Of a stretch of 64,000 nt of DNA, positions 45,290-53,608 are shown one piece after another. The stretch is from Streptosporangiaceae bacterium (lineage in GTDB: Bacteria > Actinomycetota > Actinomycetes > Streptosporangiales > Streptosporangiaceae). The DNA is taken from NCBI GenBank assembly GCA_035606435.1, contig DATNFM010000054.1, positions 3,413 through 67,412 of the forward strand. The letters are read 5' to 3'. Each line of letters opens with the position of its first letter. The first letter of the stretch is position 1. The notes below the pieces were generated by a model. It ran no database searches. It was not told where the DNA came from and saw only the letters and a program-made list of their open reading frames with translations. Both the position numbers and the translations under genes were made by a program.

Positions 45290-46589
45290 GCCGCCCGGCG
45301 ACATCGGCGACCGCCGCGACATCGGCGACCGCCGCGCCAGGCAGGTTGGCCGCTACCCAGCCCTCGCGGACGAGCGGCCTGGTCCGGGAACTGGCCAGAG
45401 CTCCGCTGGGCACATCGCTGGACAGCACAGTTCCGCCGGCGGTGTAGGCACCGTCGCCGACCGACATCGGGCCGATCATGATCGTGCCCGCCCCGATGAA
45501 GACGTGGTCGCCGATCTCGACCCTGTGCTTAGCCTGGCCGTCGAAGATGGCCGTGCCCGAGAGCCCCGCGATGTTGCAGCCCTTGCCGATGTCGGCGCTC
45601 ATCAGGCCGGCCACGTGCGGGATCTGGGTGTCGTCGCCGACGACCGAGTTGCTGACTTCGACGAACGACCCGGCCCTGGTCCTGGCGCCGAGCCGGGTGC
45701 CGGAGCGAAGCCAGGTGAAGGGCCCGATCCTGGCGTTGTCACCGATCGTCACGTCCTCGCAGACCGCGTACCTGACCACGCAATCGTCACCGGCCATCGT
45801 GTCGATCATCGTGGTGACCGGGCCGATGCTGGCGCCCGAGCCGATCACGGTACAGCCGGCCAGGTCGGTGTGCGGGCGGATCCGCGCTCCCCGGCCGATC
45901 TGGACGCTCGCATCGATTCTGGTCGTCGCCGGGTCCTCGATGACGACACCGCGACGCTGCCAGTCGACGGCGATGCGCTGGTACAGCGCCACCTCGGCCT
46001 GCTGTCGCTCGGCCAGGTCATCGACGCGCAGGGACTCGACCTGACCGGCGTCGATCGCGGTCACCCGCGCGCTGGGGTCACCCGCGCAGACCACGGCGGC
46101 GAGCGTGCACGCGGCCTGCCGCTGCGACCACCACCACTGCGGACCGCGCGAACGGATCACCGCTACGCCGAACTCACCGTCGTTCAGCGCCTCGATGGCC
46201 CGCCGGATGCTGGCCGGCTGCAGCAGCGGATTCAGGCACGACAGCGTCACCGTCAGCCCCGGCCACTGCGCGAGGCCGTCCCGGCCCGCCGAGATCGCCG
46301 GGCGCAGCCCGCGCCGGGCGCAGGCCCGGACGCTGACCGCCGCCGCTGCCCGTCCGCTGAAGCCGACCGCGTCGGGCCCGAGCTCGGCCACCGTGTCCAG
46401 CAGCCATTCCACCGCCGGCCGCCCGCACAGCGGAGCGCTCCAGCAGTCGCACGGCGGCGGGCAGATCCTGGCCGGCTCGTCGGTGGCCAGAACGACCGCG
46501 AGCCCCCCGCCTGGCCGGCCCGGGTGGTGGGCGGGGGGTGTAGCGGGTGGGACCCCCCGGAATCCCCCGTGGGCGCGGGCCTCAGGCAT
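45225..46589 (-). CDS. GlmU-like protein: intact hexapeptide-repeat acetyltransferase domain, degenerate N-terminal nucleotidyltransferase-like domain
   Basis: The C-terminal half is a classic LbH repeat (IGDNARIGPFTWLRSG...VGDDTQIPHV...IGDHVFIGAGT). The N-terminus lacks GxGTR. ATG 46589 overlaps the permease stop. Confidence 0.7.
   Translation of the reverse strand: MPEARAHGGFRGVPPATPPAHHPGRPGGGLAVVLATDEPARICPPPCDCWSAPLCGRPAVEWLLDTVAELGPDAVGFSGRAAAAVSVRACARRGLRPAISAGRDGLAQWPGLTVTLSCLNPLLQPASIRRAIEALNDGEFGVAVIRSRGPQWWWSQRQAACTLAAVVCAGDPSARVTAIDAGQVESLRVDDLAERQQAEVALYQRIAVDWQRRGVVIEDPATTRIDASVQIGRGARIRPHTDLAGCTVIGSGASIGPVTTMIDTMAGDDCVVRYAVCEDVTIGDNARIGPFTWLRSGTRLGARTRAGSFVEVSNSVVGDDTQIPHVAGLMSADIGKGCNIAGLSGTAIFDGQAKHRVEIGDHVFIGAGTIMIGPMSVGDGAYTAGGTVLSSDVPSGALASSRTRPLVREGWVAANLPGAAVADVAAVADVAGRLTSVPPGSPSTAAGNCRPAQE
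46526..46569. repeat. Variant-B G/C-run element (GGTGGGCGGGGGGTGTAGCGGGTGGGACCCCCCGGAATCCCCCG)
   Basis: Close match to 61018..61060; translated on the minus strand as the N-terminus of the GlmU-like ORF. Confidence 0.75.
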
Positions 46590-47682
46590 CGTCCCACCGG
46601 AACAACCGGATCGCGATGAGCGCGATCACCAGCGCGAACCCAAGCAGCACGCCCAGTTGCGGCAGCACCGTCACCGGTCCGTCGCCCCGGGCCAGGACAT
46701 CGAGCACGGCATCGTTGAGGTGGCGCAGCGGGAGCACCTGGGAGATCGACTGAACCCACGACGGCACATCGTTGATCGGAATGAACGCACCGGACAGGAA
46801 TGCCATCGGGATCACGATCAGGTTGGCCAGCGCGCTCGCGGCCTCGACAGACTTCGTCAGCGCCCCGGCCAGCAGCCCGATCGACAAGAACGCCAGAGTC
46901 CCGGCCAGCACCAGCGGAATCGCCATCCACCAGGCTCCGGAAAGCTTCAGGTGGAAGGCCAGCACGGCGACCACGACGAACAGCACCGTCTGGGCCAGCG
47001 CGATGCCCAGGCTGACCAGGATCCGCGCGCCGATGACGGACCGCACGCTGACCGGGCTGAGCGTCAGCCGGCGCATCAGCTTGCGCTGCCGCCAGACGAT
47101 CAGCGTCGAGGCGGCCGCGAACGTCGCCCCGGTCGCGATCGCCCAGCCGAGGATGCCGGGGGTCAGGTACTGGATCTCCTTGAGCGACTTGTCGTCCACC
47201 TGGCTCGTCGACAGCGCCACCCGGGGCGCTTGACCGGCAGTGCTGACCCGGGGGGACGACCCCCCGGAACCCCCCGCCGCGGCCAAGTTAGAGGCATCGA
47301 CCAGGTACTGGAACACGCTGCTTACCGCGCCGGCCGACGATGGCGACGCACCGGAGTCGTAGATGACGACGCCGGTGCCGCGCTGGACCACCGCCGCCGC
47401 CTCGTTGCCGTTGCGGACATCGGCCAGGGCCGCGTGCAGGTCATGGGACCTGGTGATCGCCAGGACCTGGTCCACCTTCGCCTTGCCGTGGGCCGGCAGG
47501 CCGTCATACACCGCGACCGGACCGACGAGCACCACGTTCGAGCGCGGGTTCTTGGCCCCGCCGAGCAGCCCGCCGAGCAGGAACAGGAAGATCAGCGGGA
47601 ACACGATCGTGAAGAACAGCGCCGCGCGATCACGCAGGTAGCCGCGCATCAGCGCCCCGGAGAGCGTCAGCAGGCTGGTCAC
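46582..47682 (-). CDS. ABC-2 type transporter permease
   Basis: 366 aa with a large extracytoplasmic loop and C-terminal TM bundle; start overlaps the ATPase stop by 4 nt. Confidence 0.8.
   Translation of the reverse strand: MTSLLTLSGALMRGYLRDRAALFFTIVFPLIFLFLLGGLLGGAKNPRSNVVLVGPVAVYDGLPAHGKAKVDQVLAITRSHDLHAALADVRNGNEAAAVVQRGTGVVIYDSGASPSSAGAVSSVFQYLVDASNLAAAGGSGGSSPRVSTAGQAPRVALSTSQVDDKSLKEIQYLTPGILGWAIATGATFAAASTLIVWRQRKLMRRLTLSPVSVRSVIGARILVSLGIALAQTVLFVVVAVLAFHLKLSGAWWMAIPLVLAGTLAFLSIGLLAGALTKSVEAASALANLIVIPMAFLSGAFIPINDVPSWVQSISQVLPLRHLNDAVLDVLARGDGPVTVLPQLGVLLGFALVIALIAIRLFRWDDA
47244..47276. repeat. G-run/C-run hairpin element TGACCCGGGGGGACGACCCCCCGGAACCCCCCG
   Basis: 33/33 identical to 54501..54533; in frame in the permease loop as GGSGGSSPR. 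Confidence 0.9.
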
Positions 47683-48581
47683 GAGCGGTACTCCCGTCCG
47701 GTCAGCGCGAGGAACGCGTCTTCCAGCGTGGCGCCGCGCATCGTGAGGTCACGCAGCGCGTGGTGATCGGCCAGTTCGGCCAGCACCGGTCCCGGGTCGG
47801 AGCTGGCGATGACGAGCTCGGTCTCGTCTTCGGTCACCACCGCGTCCGGGAATCGCTTGCGCAGCAGGTCGGGATCCAGCTGGCCGGCTCCCACGGTGAT
47901 CCGCGCCACGGCCTCGACCTTGCGGATCAGCTTCTCCGGGGTGTCGCACTCGACGATGCGGCCGTGGTCGATGATCGCGACGCGGTCGCAGAGGATCTCG
48001 GCCTCTTCGATGTAGTGCGTCGTCAGCACGACGGTCCGGCCGGCCGCGTTGGTCGCGCGGAGCAGATCCCACAGGTTGCGCCGGGCCTGCGGATCGAGGC
48101 CGGCGGTGGGCTCGTCCAGGAACAGAACCTCGGGATCGTGCACCAGCGCGCACGCGATCGACAGCCGCTGCGCCTCGCCGCCGGACAGCCGCTCGACCTG
48201 CGTGCCACCCCGGCTGGTCAGCCCGAACAGCTCGAGCAGCTCCTCGCCTCGCGCCACCGGCACCCGGTAGAGCTTGGCGAAGGCGCGCAACTGCTCGGCC
48301 GCGGTTAGCCGCTCGAAGAAGGCAGAGGTCTGCAGCTGCACCCCGATCCGGCTCGCCAGCTTTTGATTGCGCGGCCAGGACGGCAGGCCGAGCACCTTCG
48401 CCGAACCTGAATCCGGCTGGCGGAGCCCTTCGATCATCTCCAGCGTCGTGGTCTTCCCCGCGCCGTTGGGTCCCAGCAGCCCGAAGAACTCCCCCGCGCC
48501 GACGTCTAACGAGACCCCGTCGACCGCGACCAGCTCGCCGTAAGTCTTCCGGAGATCCTGGGCCACCACAGCGTTGGTCAT
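47679..48581 (-). CDS. ABC transporter ATP-binding protein
   Basis: Walker A GPNGAGKTT; signature LSGGEAQRL; Walker B VLFLDEPT. Confidence 0.9.
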   Translation of the reverse strand: MTNAVVAQDLRKTYGELVAVDGVSLDVGAGEFFGLLGPNGAGKTTTLEMIEGLRQPDSGSAKVLGLPSWPRNQKLASRIGVQLQTSAFFERLTAAEQLRAFAKLYRVPVARGEELLELFGLTSRGGTQVERLSGGEAQRLSIACALVHDPEVLFLDEPTAGLDPQARRNLWDLLRATNAAGRTVVLTTHYIEEAEILCDRVAIIDHGRIVECDTPEKLIRKVEAVARITVGAGQLDPDLLRKRFPDAVVTEDETELVIASSDPGPVLAELADHHALRDLTMRGATLEDAFLALTGREYRS

Positions 48582-49444
48582 CTGGCGTCCTCCTCGATCA
48601 TCGCGTCCACTCCGGCCGCCAGGCGCTCGCCGTAGATCGCCTTGTTGGCCCGCAGGTGGGTCGCTGTGTGGGTGCGTGGATGCTCGTAGTGAAGGCAGTT
48701 CAGCTGACGAGCCGAGGTACGGAACGCACGGATGACGCCGACCCGCTCGGCCAGCTTGGTAATGAGATCATCGTCTTCACAGCCCCAGCCGGAATAACGC
48801 GCGCAGTAACCGCCGACGGCATCAAAGGTTGCCCATCGCACCAAGATTCCACCCCAGTGGAAGGGGAAAGCTGGGCAGGGGCTCCCGTCCTCGTAGCGCC
48901 AGCCGAATCCCGGCGGTGGTTCGACCGCCAGCAGCTCGGGGCCGAGCCAGCTGAATTGCTCGCCGCCCACCGGCACCAGCCTTCCCTGGGCGTCGGCAAA
49001 GACGTGACATAGCCGGCCGCCGCCTGGCCGCTCGAACGGCTGGGTGGCGAACAACGCGTCAGACGGATTGACTAGCCGGTACATCCACGGCTGAACTACC
49101 GCCTGGTCACCAAGCAGCTTCAAGGCCTGGCCGGCGAAGTCGCGGCCTACCGGCGCCACATCGCCGTCGCTCAGGTACAGCACCGGCGCCTGGCAGGCGG
49201 CGGCCGCGATGTTGCGCAGCGGTCCAGGGGCTGTCAAAGCCCCGTCAGCCCACACGATCTTGATCCGGTCGTCGGTGAGCGGCGGAATCCTCGTGCCAGC
49301 GGCCACCCCGACCACGACCTCGCAGGGCACGTCCTGGGCGAGCCAGGCCCGGCACACGGCGGGCAGCGCCTGGATCGCCTGATGATCGCCGAACAGCGGC
49401 AGCACTACCGACAGCTCAACGGAGGGCGCCTTAACCACCGACAT
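48578..49444 (-). CDS. GT-A fold glycosyltransferase with a beta-1,4-galactosyltransferase-like C-terminal motif
   Basis: LSVVLPLFG N-terminus; DxD-like SDGDV; GWGCEDDDL motif. Start at Met 28 of ORF 48578..49525. Confidence 0.7.
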   Translation of the reverse strand: MSVVKAPSVELSVVLPLFGDHQAIQALPAVCRAWLAQDVPCEVVVGVAAGTRIPPLTDDRIKIVWADGALTAPGPLRNIAAAACQAPVLYLSDGDVAPVGRDFAGQALKLLGDQAVVQPWMYRLVNPSDALFATQPFERPGGGRLCHVFADAQGRLVPVGGEQFSWLGPELLAVEPPPGFGWRYEDGSPCPAFPFHWGGILVRWATFDAVGGYCARYSGWGCEDDDLITKLAERVGVIRAFRTSARQLNCLHYEHPRTHTATHLRANKAIYGERLAAGVDAMIEEDAR

Positions 49445-49564
49445 AAGGCCGAGCGTAGGTACGGATCGGCCGCAGTGGAATGGGCCGCTGGCGACCGCAG
49501 CATCACCACAACAAAAGCGCAGCAACGGCTAGTTACATTGCGATCCGAGGAGCTTGTGCTGGCA

Positions 49565-49606
49565 ACTCAGTGTTAGCTAATCGAGACTCAGTGCCAGCTA
49601 ATCAAG
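49565..49606. promoter_or_regulatory. Tandem 21-bp direct repeat ACTCAGTGYYAGCTAATCRAG x2, ending 10 nt before the operon start codon
   Basis: Copies at 49565..49585 and 49586..49606; a related GTGCTGGCAA at 49555. Confidence 0.5.
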
Positions 49607-49616
49607 GGGGCGGCCA

Positions 49617-50417
49617 GTGAGCGGAGGACCCGTAAGGTTTGGCATTGTGCCTGCTGCCGGCGCCGGGACGCGGCTGTCACCCTACCGCGCGCCCAAGGAA
49701 CTCATTCAGGTCGGATACCGCTCGGCCGGCGGGCAGTTGCTGCCGAAGGCGGCCATCGAGCACGTCCTGACGGCGATGGCGACCGGCGGAGCCGACCGTG
49801 CTTTCGTGATCTTGTCCCCGGCTAAATGGGATCTGTTCCGCTATCTCGGGTCCGGTGAGCACCTCGGCCTGGATCTGGCCTATCTGTGCCAGGAGACGCC
49901 GCTCGGCATGCCGCACGCGATCGACCTCGCCACGCCGTTCCTGGCCGGGCGGACGGTCGGCCTGGGAATGCCGGACACGATCGTGGCCCCCGCTGACTGC
50001 TTCGCCCAGCTCTTCGACTTCCACGATGCCACCAGGGCCGATCTCAGCCTGGGCGTGTTCCCGACGGCCGAACCGCAGTCACTGGCGCCGGTCGTGATTG
50101 AGCCCGGCTCGCACCGGGTTCTCGCGATCCTGGACAAGCCACTGGACCCGCCGGCCGCCAACACCTGGGGCATCGTGGTCTGGTCGCCGGTCTTCACCGA
50201 GATGCTGCACGACTACGTCGCGGGCGCGCTCCGGCAGCCGGGCGGGGAGCTGCTGCTGAGCGAGGTGTTCGCGGACGCGGTCACCGCCGGGCTGCGCGTT
50301 CACGCGCTTTCCTTCGACTCCGGCGAGTTTCACGACATCGGCAAGCCGGCCAACCTGATGCGCGCCCGGGCCTGGCTCGACAACGCCGGTGACGTCCTGG
50401 CGGGACACCAGCTATGA
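49617..50417 (+). CDS. Sugar-1-phosphate nucleotidyltransferase
   Basis: GIVPAAGAGTRLSPYRAPKEL (GxGTR) motif; 266 aa. Confidence 0.85.
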   Translation: MSGGPVRFGIVPAAGAGTRLSPYRAPKELIQVGYRSAGGQLLPKAAIEHVLTAMATGGADRAFVILSPAKWDLFRYLGSGEHLGLDLAYLCQETPLGMPHAIDLATPFLAGRTVGLGMPDTIVAPADCFAQLFDFHDATRADLSLGVFPTAEPQSLAPVVIEPGSHRVLAILDKPLDPPAANTWGIVVWSPVFTEMLHDYVAGALRQPGGELLLSEVFADAVTAGLRVHALSFDSGEFHDIGKPANLMRARAWLDNAGDVLAGHQL

Positions 50418-51520
50418 CCAACCTGCTGCTCGTCCCGTTTCCGCCCGCCGGGCATACGAAGCCGATGGAGGCGCTGGCCGGTCAATTACGCGCCGACGGG
50501 CACGCGGTCACGATCTTCGCCGAGACCGCGACAACCCGCTGGGGCATGCGACGGCCGGTGACCCCGCGGATGCACGCGTCCTACGACGCGGCGGCGCTGT
50601 TCCGGCACATGTTCGCCGGGAACGTCGCCGACATGGCCCGCGACGTCGTCGACCTGGCCGGTGCGTGCGGGGCCGAGCTGATCGTGACCGATGTGCTAAT
50701 GCCGGGCGGCGGGCTCGGGGCCGAACTGGCCAGACTGCCCTGGGTGTCGCTGGCCTGCACGCCGATCCCTGAGCTCGACACCTACCGGTACTTCTTGCCT
50801 CCCGAGGCAGGCGCCAGTTATGAGCCCCGCTCGACGCGGCTGGAGCTGGGGCTGCCGGCCGACGATGACCGCAACCTGCTCGCCCGTACCTCGGACCTGC
50901 TTCACCTGATCCCGACCACGCCGCGGTTCGCCGGCTTCCCGCAACTGCCCCCCGAGGTCGCGCTGACCGGCCCCTTCAACGCGATCCCGACCGCCTCACC
51001 AGCAAACGACGGCCGTCCGACGGTCACGGTGACCACGAGCAGCAACCCGATGGGACAGTTCGCCCGGATCGAGGATCGCTACCTCAAGGCCGCAGTTAAG
51101 GCGTTGACGAGCCTGGACATGACCGCCCTCATGGATCACGACGCCCCTCACTCCAAGCTCTTCCGGCAAAGTGACGCGGTAATCACCCACGGAGGCTGGG
51201 GCACTGTGTCCCGCGCGCTGCTGCTTGGCTTGCCGCTCGTCCTAGTGCCATTCGGCGCCGACCAGCCCTACATCGCCGGTCGTTGCGCCGATTTGGGAGC
51301 CGGGATCGTACTGCCAGCGCAGACCGTGACCGATGCCGAGCTTCGTGACGCCATCGGCGCGGTCATAGAAGAACCCAGCTATCGCAAGGCGGCCGCCGAG
51401 CTAGCCGCCGAGTTGCGGGAGGCCGAGCCACTATCGGTGGCTAGCTCGATGATCACATCCGTCTCCGCGGTGCCGGCCAAGGGGGACGACCCCCTATCAA
51501 CCCCCGCTTCAAGAAGGTGA
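50414..51520 (+). CDS. GT1 (MGT/UDP-glycosyltransferase-type) glycosyltransferase
   Basis: C-terminal donor motif ITHGGWGTVSRALLLGLPLVLVPFGADQ; ATGA overlap with the upstream gene. Confidence 0.85.
   Translation: MTNLLLVPFPPAGHTKPMEALAGQLRADGHAVTIFAETATTRWGMRRPVTPRMHASYDAAALFRHMFAGNVADMARDVVDLAGACGAELIVTDVLMPGGGLGAELARLPWVSLACTPIPELDTYRYFLPPEAGASYEPRSTRLELGLPADDDRNLLARTSDLLHLIPTTPRFAGFPQLPPEVALTGPFNAIPTASPANDGRPTVTVTTSSNPMGQFARIEDRYLKAAVKALTSLDMTALMDHDAPHSKLFRQSDAVITHGGWGTVSRALLLGLPLVLVPFGADQPYIAGRCADLGAGIVLPAQTVTDAELRDAIGAVIEEPSYRKAAAELAAELREAEPLSVASSMITSVSAVPAKGDDPLSTPASRR
51481..51506. repeat. Short-form hairpin element GGGGGACGACCCCCTATCAACCCCCG
   Basis: G5-ACGA-C5 then a C5 run; encodes the GT1 C-terminal tail KGDDPLSTPA. 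Confidence 0.75.
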
Positions 51521-53253
51521 CAGCTATGCCTATCCGCGTGATGCTCCTCGTCGTCCCCGGTGATCAGCCCATGTTCACCAAGATGAATTTGCCGCCCTTC
51601 GGGCCGGGCATCGTGGCCGCGAGCCTGCGCGACGCCGGTTACGAGGTCGACTTCCACGACCTCAACTCCGATCTGGAGCGGATGTGGCACGCGGGCGAGT
51701 TCACCAAGGCCGAACTGCGCCCGTTCTACGACGAGCGCGCGGTGATCGACTACATGGCTGGCGCCAGCGACGATTTCCTGGACTCGTTCGCCGGCCGCCT
51801 GCTGGCCGGCAAGGACATCGCCGCCGCCGATGTGGTGGGGATTTCGGCCGGCGGCGATTTCGCGTTCCTTGAAATGCAGTCAGCGGCCGTGCTCGGCGCG
51901 CACGTCCAGCGTCACTACGGCAAGCCGGTCGTGCTCGGCGGGAACAACCTCGATTACCTGATGCAATTCCACGACGCGTTCTACAGCTGGTGGAAGGCCT
52001 GCATCACGCATTTCTCGGCGGCCGTCACCGGCCCGGGCGAGGACGTGTTCGTCGAGCTCGCCCGGGCCCTGGGCGGCGGCGGGCCGCTGCTGCCGATGGC
52101 CAGGGCCGGCGTCGCCCGGGTGGCCGGCAATACGATCCTGCGGGCACCGGACGCCGTGCACCGCATCCTGGCCCCGGACTTCGACGGGCTCCGTCTGGAT
52201 GACTACAACAACTACATCCGGTACCGGCCAGAAGCCAGCGCGCGCAAGCAGGCCGTCGATGAGCAGTGGAACCGGATGCAGCTCTACAAGTTCCCGGCCT
52301 ACCTGAGCCGGCTGGCCAACGACGCGAACGCCGCTCAGATCGGCAAGGGCGCGTCCAGCACGCTGATCATGCCGTACGTCTTCAACTACAACTGCCCGTA
52401 CTCGTGCGCGTTCTGCACCGAGAGCCTGGAGCGGAACAAGCTCGTGCACGCCTCGGTCGACGACATCATCACCGACATGTCGGGGCTGGCCGAAAAGTAC
52501 CAGACCACGCACTTTTATCTGTTCAACAACTACTTCAACCTGCTCAACGGCTTCGTGGAGGAGTTCGCTAGCCGGGTCGTCATGCACGGCGTCAAGCTGA
52601 ACTGGTCGGACTGTGCGCGCTTCAACAGCCTCACCTACGAGCGCCTGGCGCTGCTCGCCGACTCTGGCTGCCGGAAGCTGACGTTCGGCCTGGAAACCGC
52701 CAGTAACACGATGCTGAAAATCATCGACAAGAAGGTCAAGCTGACCGAGGCCGAGCAAGTGCTGCGCTGGTGCAAGGAGATCGGAATCTGGGCCGACCTC
52801 GAGATCATCACGGGAATGCCGCACGAAGACGACAGGATCTTCGCCGATACGGCCGACTTCCTTGAGCGCAACTCCGACTACATCAACTACTTCCACATCA
52901 ACCGGTATTTCGTCGCGCCGAAGTCGCTGATGGGCGCCAAGCCCGAGGCGTACGGCATGAAGCTTCGCAAGGTTCCCGACGCCTACCAGCGGCTGCTGGA
53001 TGCCAACTATCAGTGGCTCGCCGACGACCTGGATATCTCCTACAAGCCGCAGAACTTCCGGGTCTACGAATTCGACGAGATCGGCGGCCGGACCGCCGAG
53101 GAACTCGCCGCCGACGTCGGCCCCAAGATCGCCAAGCTCAACGCGATCCAGAGCAGCGACTACATCGACGCGTTCCGGGTCTTGAGCCTGCAGCAGGACC
53201 GGCTGCCCAAGACGCCCGCCACCCTCAGCAACGACTCTATGGCGCTGGCCTGA
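51517..53253 (+). CDS. B12-binding-domain (class B) radical SAM enzyme
   Basis: N-terminal LPPFGPGIVAASLRDAGYEVDFHD B12-domain-like segment; CPYSCAFC (Cx3Cx2C); GTGA overlap with the GT1 stop. Confidence 0.8.
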   Translation: MTAMPIRVMLLVVPGDQPMFTKMNLPPFGPGIVAASLRDAGYEVDFHDLNSDLERMWHAGEFTKAELRPFYDERAVIDYMAGASDDFLDSFAGRLLAGKDIAAADVVGISAGGDFAFLEMQSAAVLGAHVQRHYGKPVVLGGNNLDYLMQFHDAFYSWWKACITHFSAAVTGPGEDVFVELARALGGGGPLLPMARAGVARVAGNTILRAPDAVHRILAPDFDGLRLDDYNNYIRYRPEASARKQAVDEQWNRMQLYKFPAYLSRLANDANAAQIGKGASSTLIMPYVFNYNCPYSCAFCTESLERNKLVHASVDDIITDMSGLAEKYQTTHFYLFNNYFNLLNGFVEEFASRVVMHGVKLNWSDCARFNSLTYERLALLADSGCRKLTFGLETASNTMLKIIDKKVKLTEAEQVLRWCKEIGIWADLEIITGMPHEDDRIFADTADFLERNSDYINYFHINRYFVAPKSLMGAKPEAYGMKLRKVPDAYQRLLDANYQWLADDLDISYKPQNFRVYEFDEIGGRTAEELAADVGPKIAKLNAIQSSDYIDAFRVLSLQQDRLPKTPATLSNDSMALA

Positions 53254-53281
53254 GGCCAGATCGCAGGAAGGGAGCACTCAG

Positions 53282-53599
53282 GTGACGACCGCAGAAACGA
53301 CCGCGCAAGACGGTCAGCCCGCGCAGAACCAGGTCAAGGAGGTGCTTGAGCGGGCGATCGCGGAGCCGGAGTTCGCGCAGAAGCTGCTCGATGACCCCGA
53401 TGAGGCGCTGTCCGGCTACACGCTGACCGAGGTGCAGTTGCTGCTCCTGCGCAGCCTCGACGAGGAGGACCTGGCGAAACTGACGCCGGAGAACCTGGAG
53501 GAGTTCTTCGCGGTCGACTCGGCCGTCTACACGCCTGAGGACGCCCGGATGGTCCAGCTCGGCTACGAGATGTACGACGAGGAAGAGCTCGAAGGTTAG
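53282..53599 (+). CDS. Small highly acidic Cys-free protein (105 aa); candidate precursor or scaffold peptide
   Basis: GTG after GAAGGGAG. 27 Asp+Glu against 6 Lys+Arg; 4 Tyr, no Cys or Trp. N-terminal AIAEPEFAQKLLDDPDEAL resembles NHLP/Nif11-type leaders. Confidence 0.7.
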   Translation: MTTAETTAQDGQPAQNQVKEVLERAIAEPEFAQKLLDDPDEALSGYTLTEVQLLLLRSLDEEDLAKLTPENLEEFFAVDSAVYTPEDARMVQLGYEMYDEEELEG

Positions 53600-53608
53600 G
53601 GGCTGGTC

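Noticed and set aside
49565-49606. The 21-bp repeats as a confident SARP binding site
   Set aside because: SARP sites normally overlap the -35 region. These repeats end 10 nt before the start codon, leaving no room for a promoter and leader. The idea is kept only as one hypothesis.
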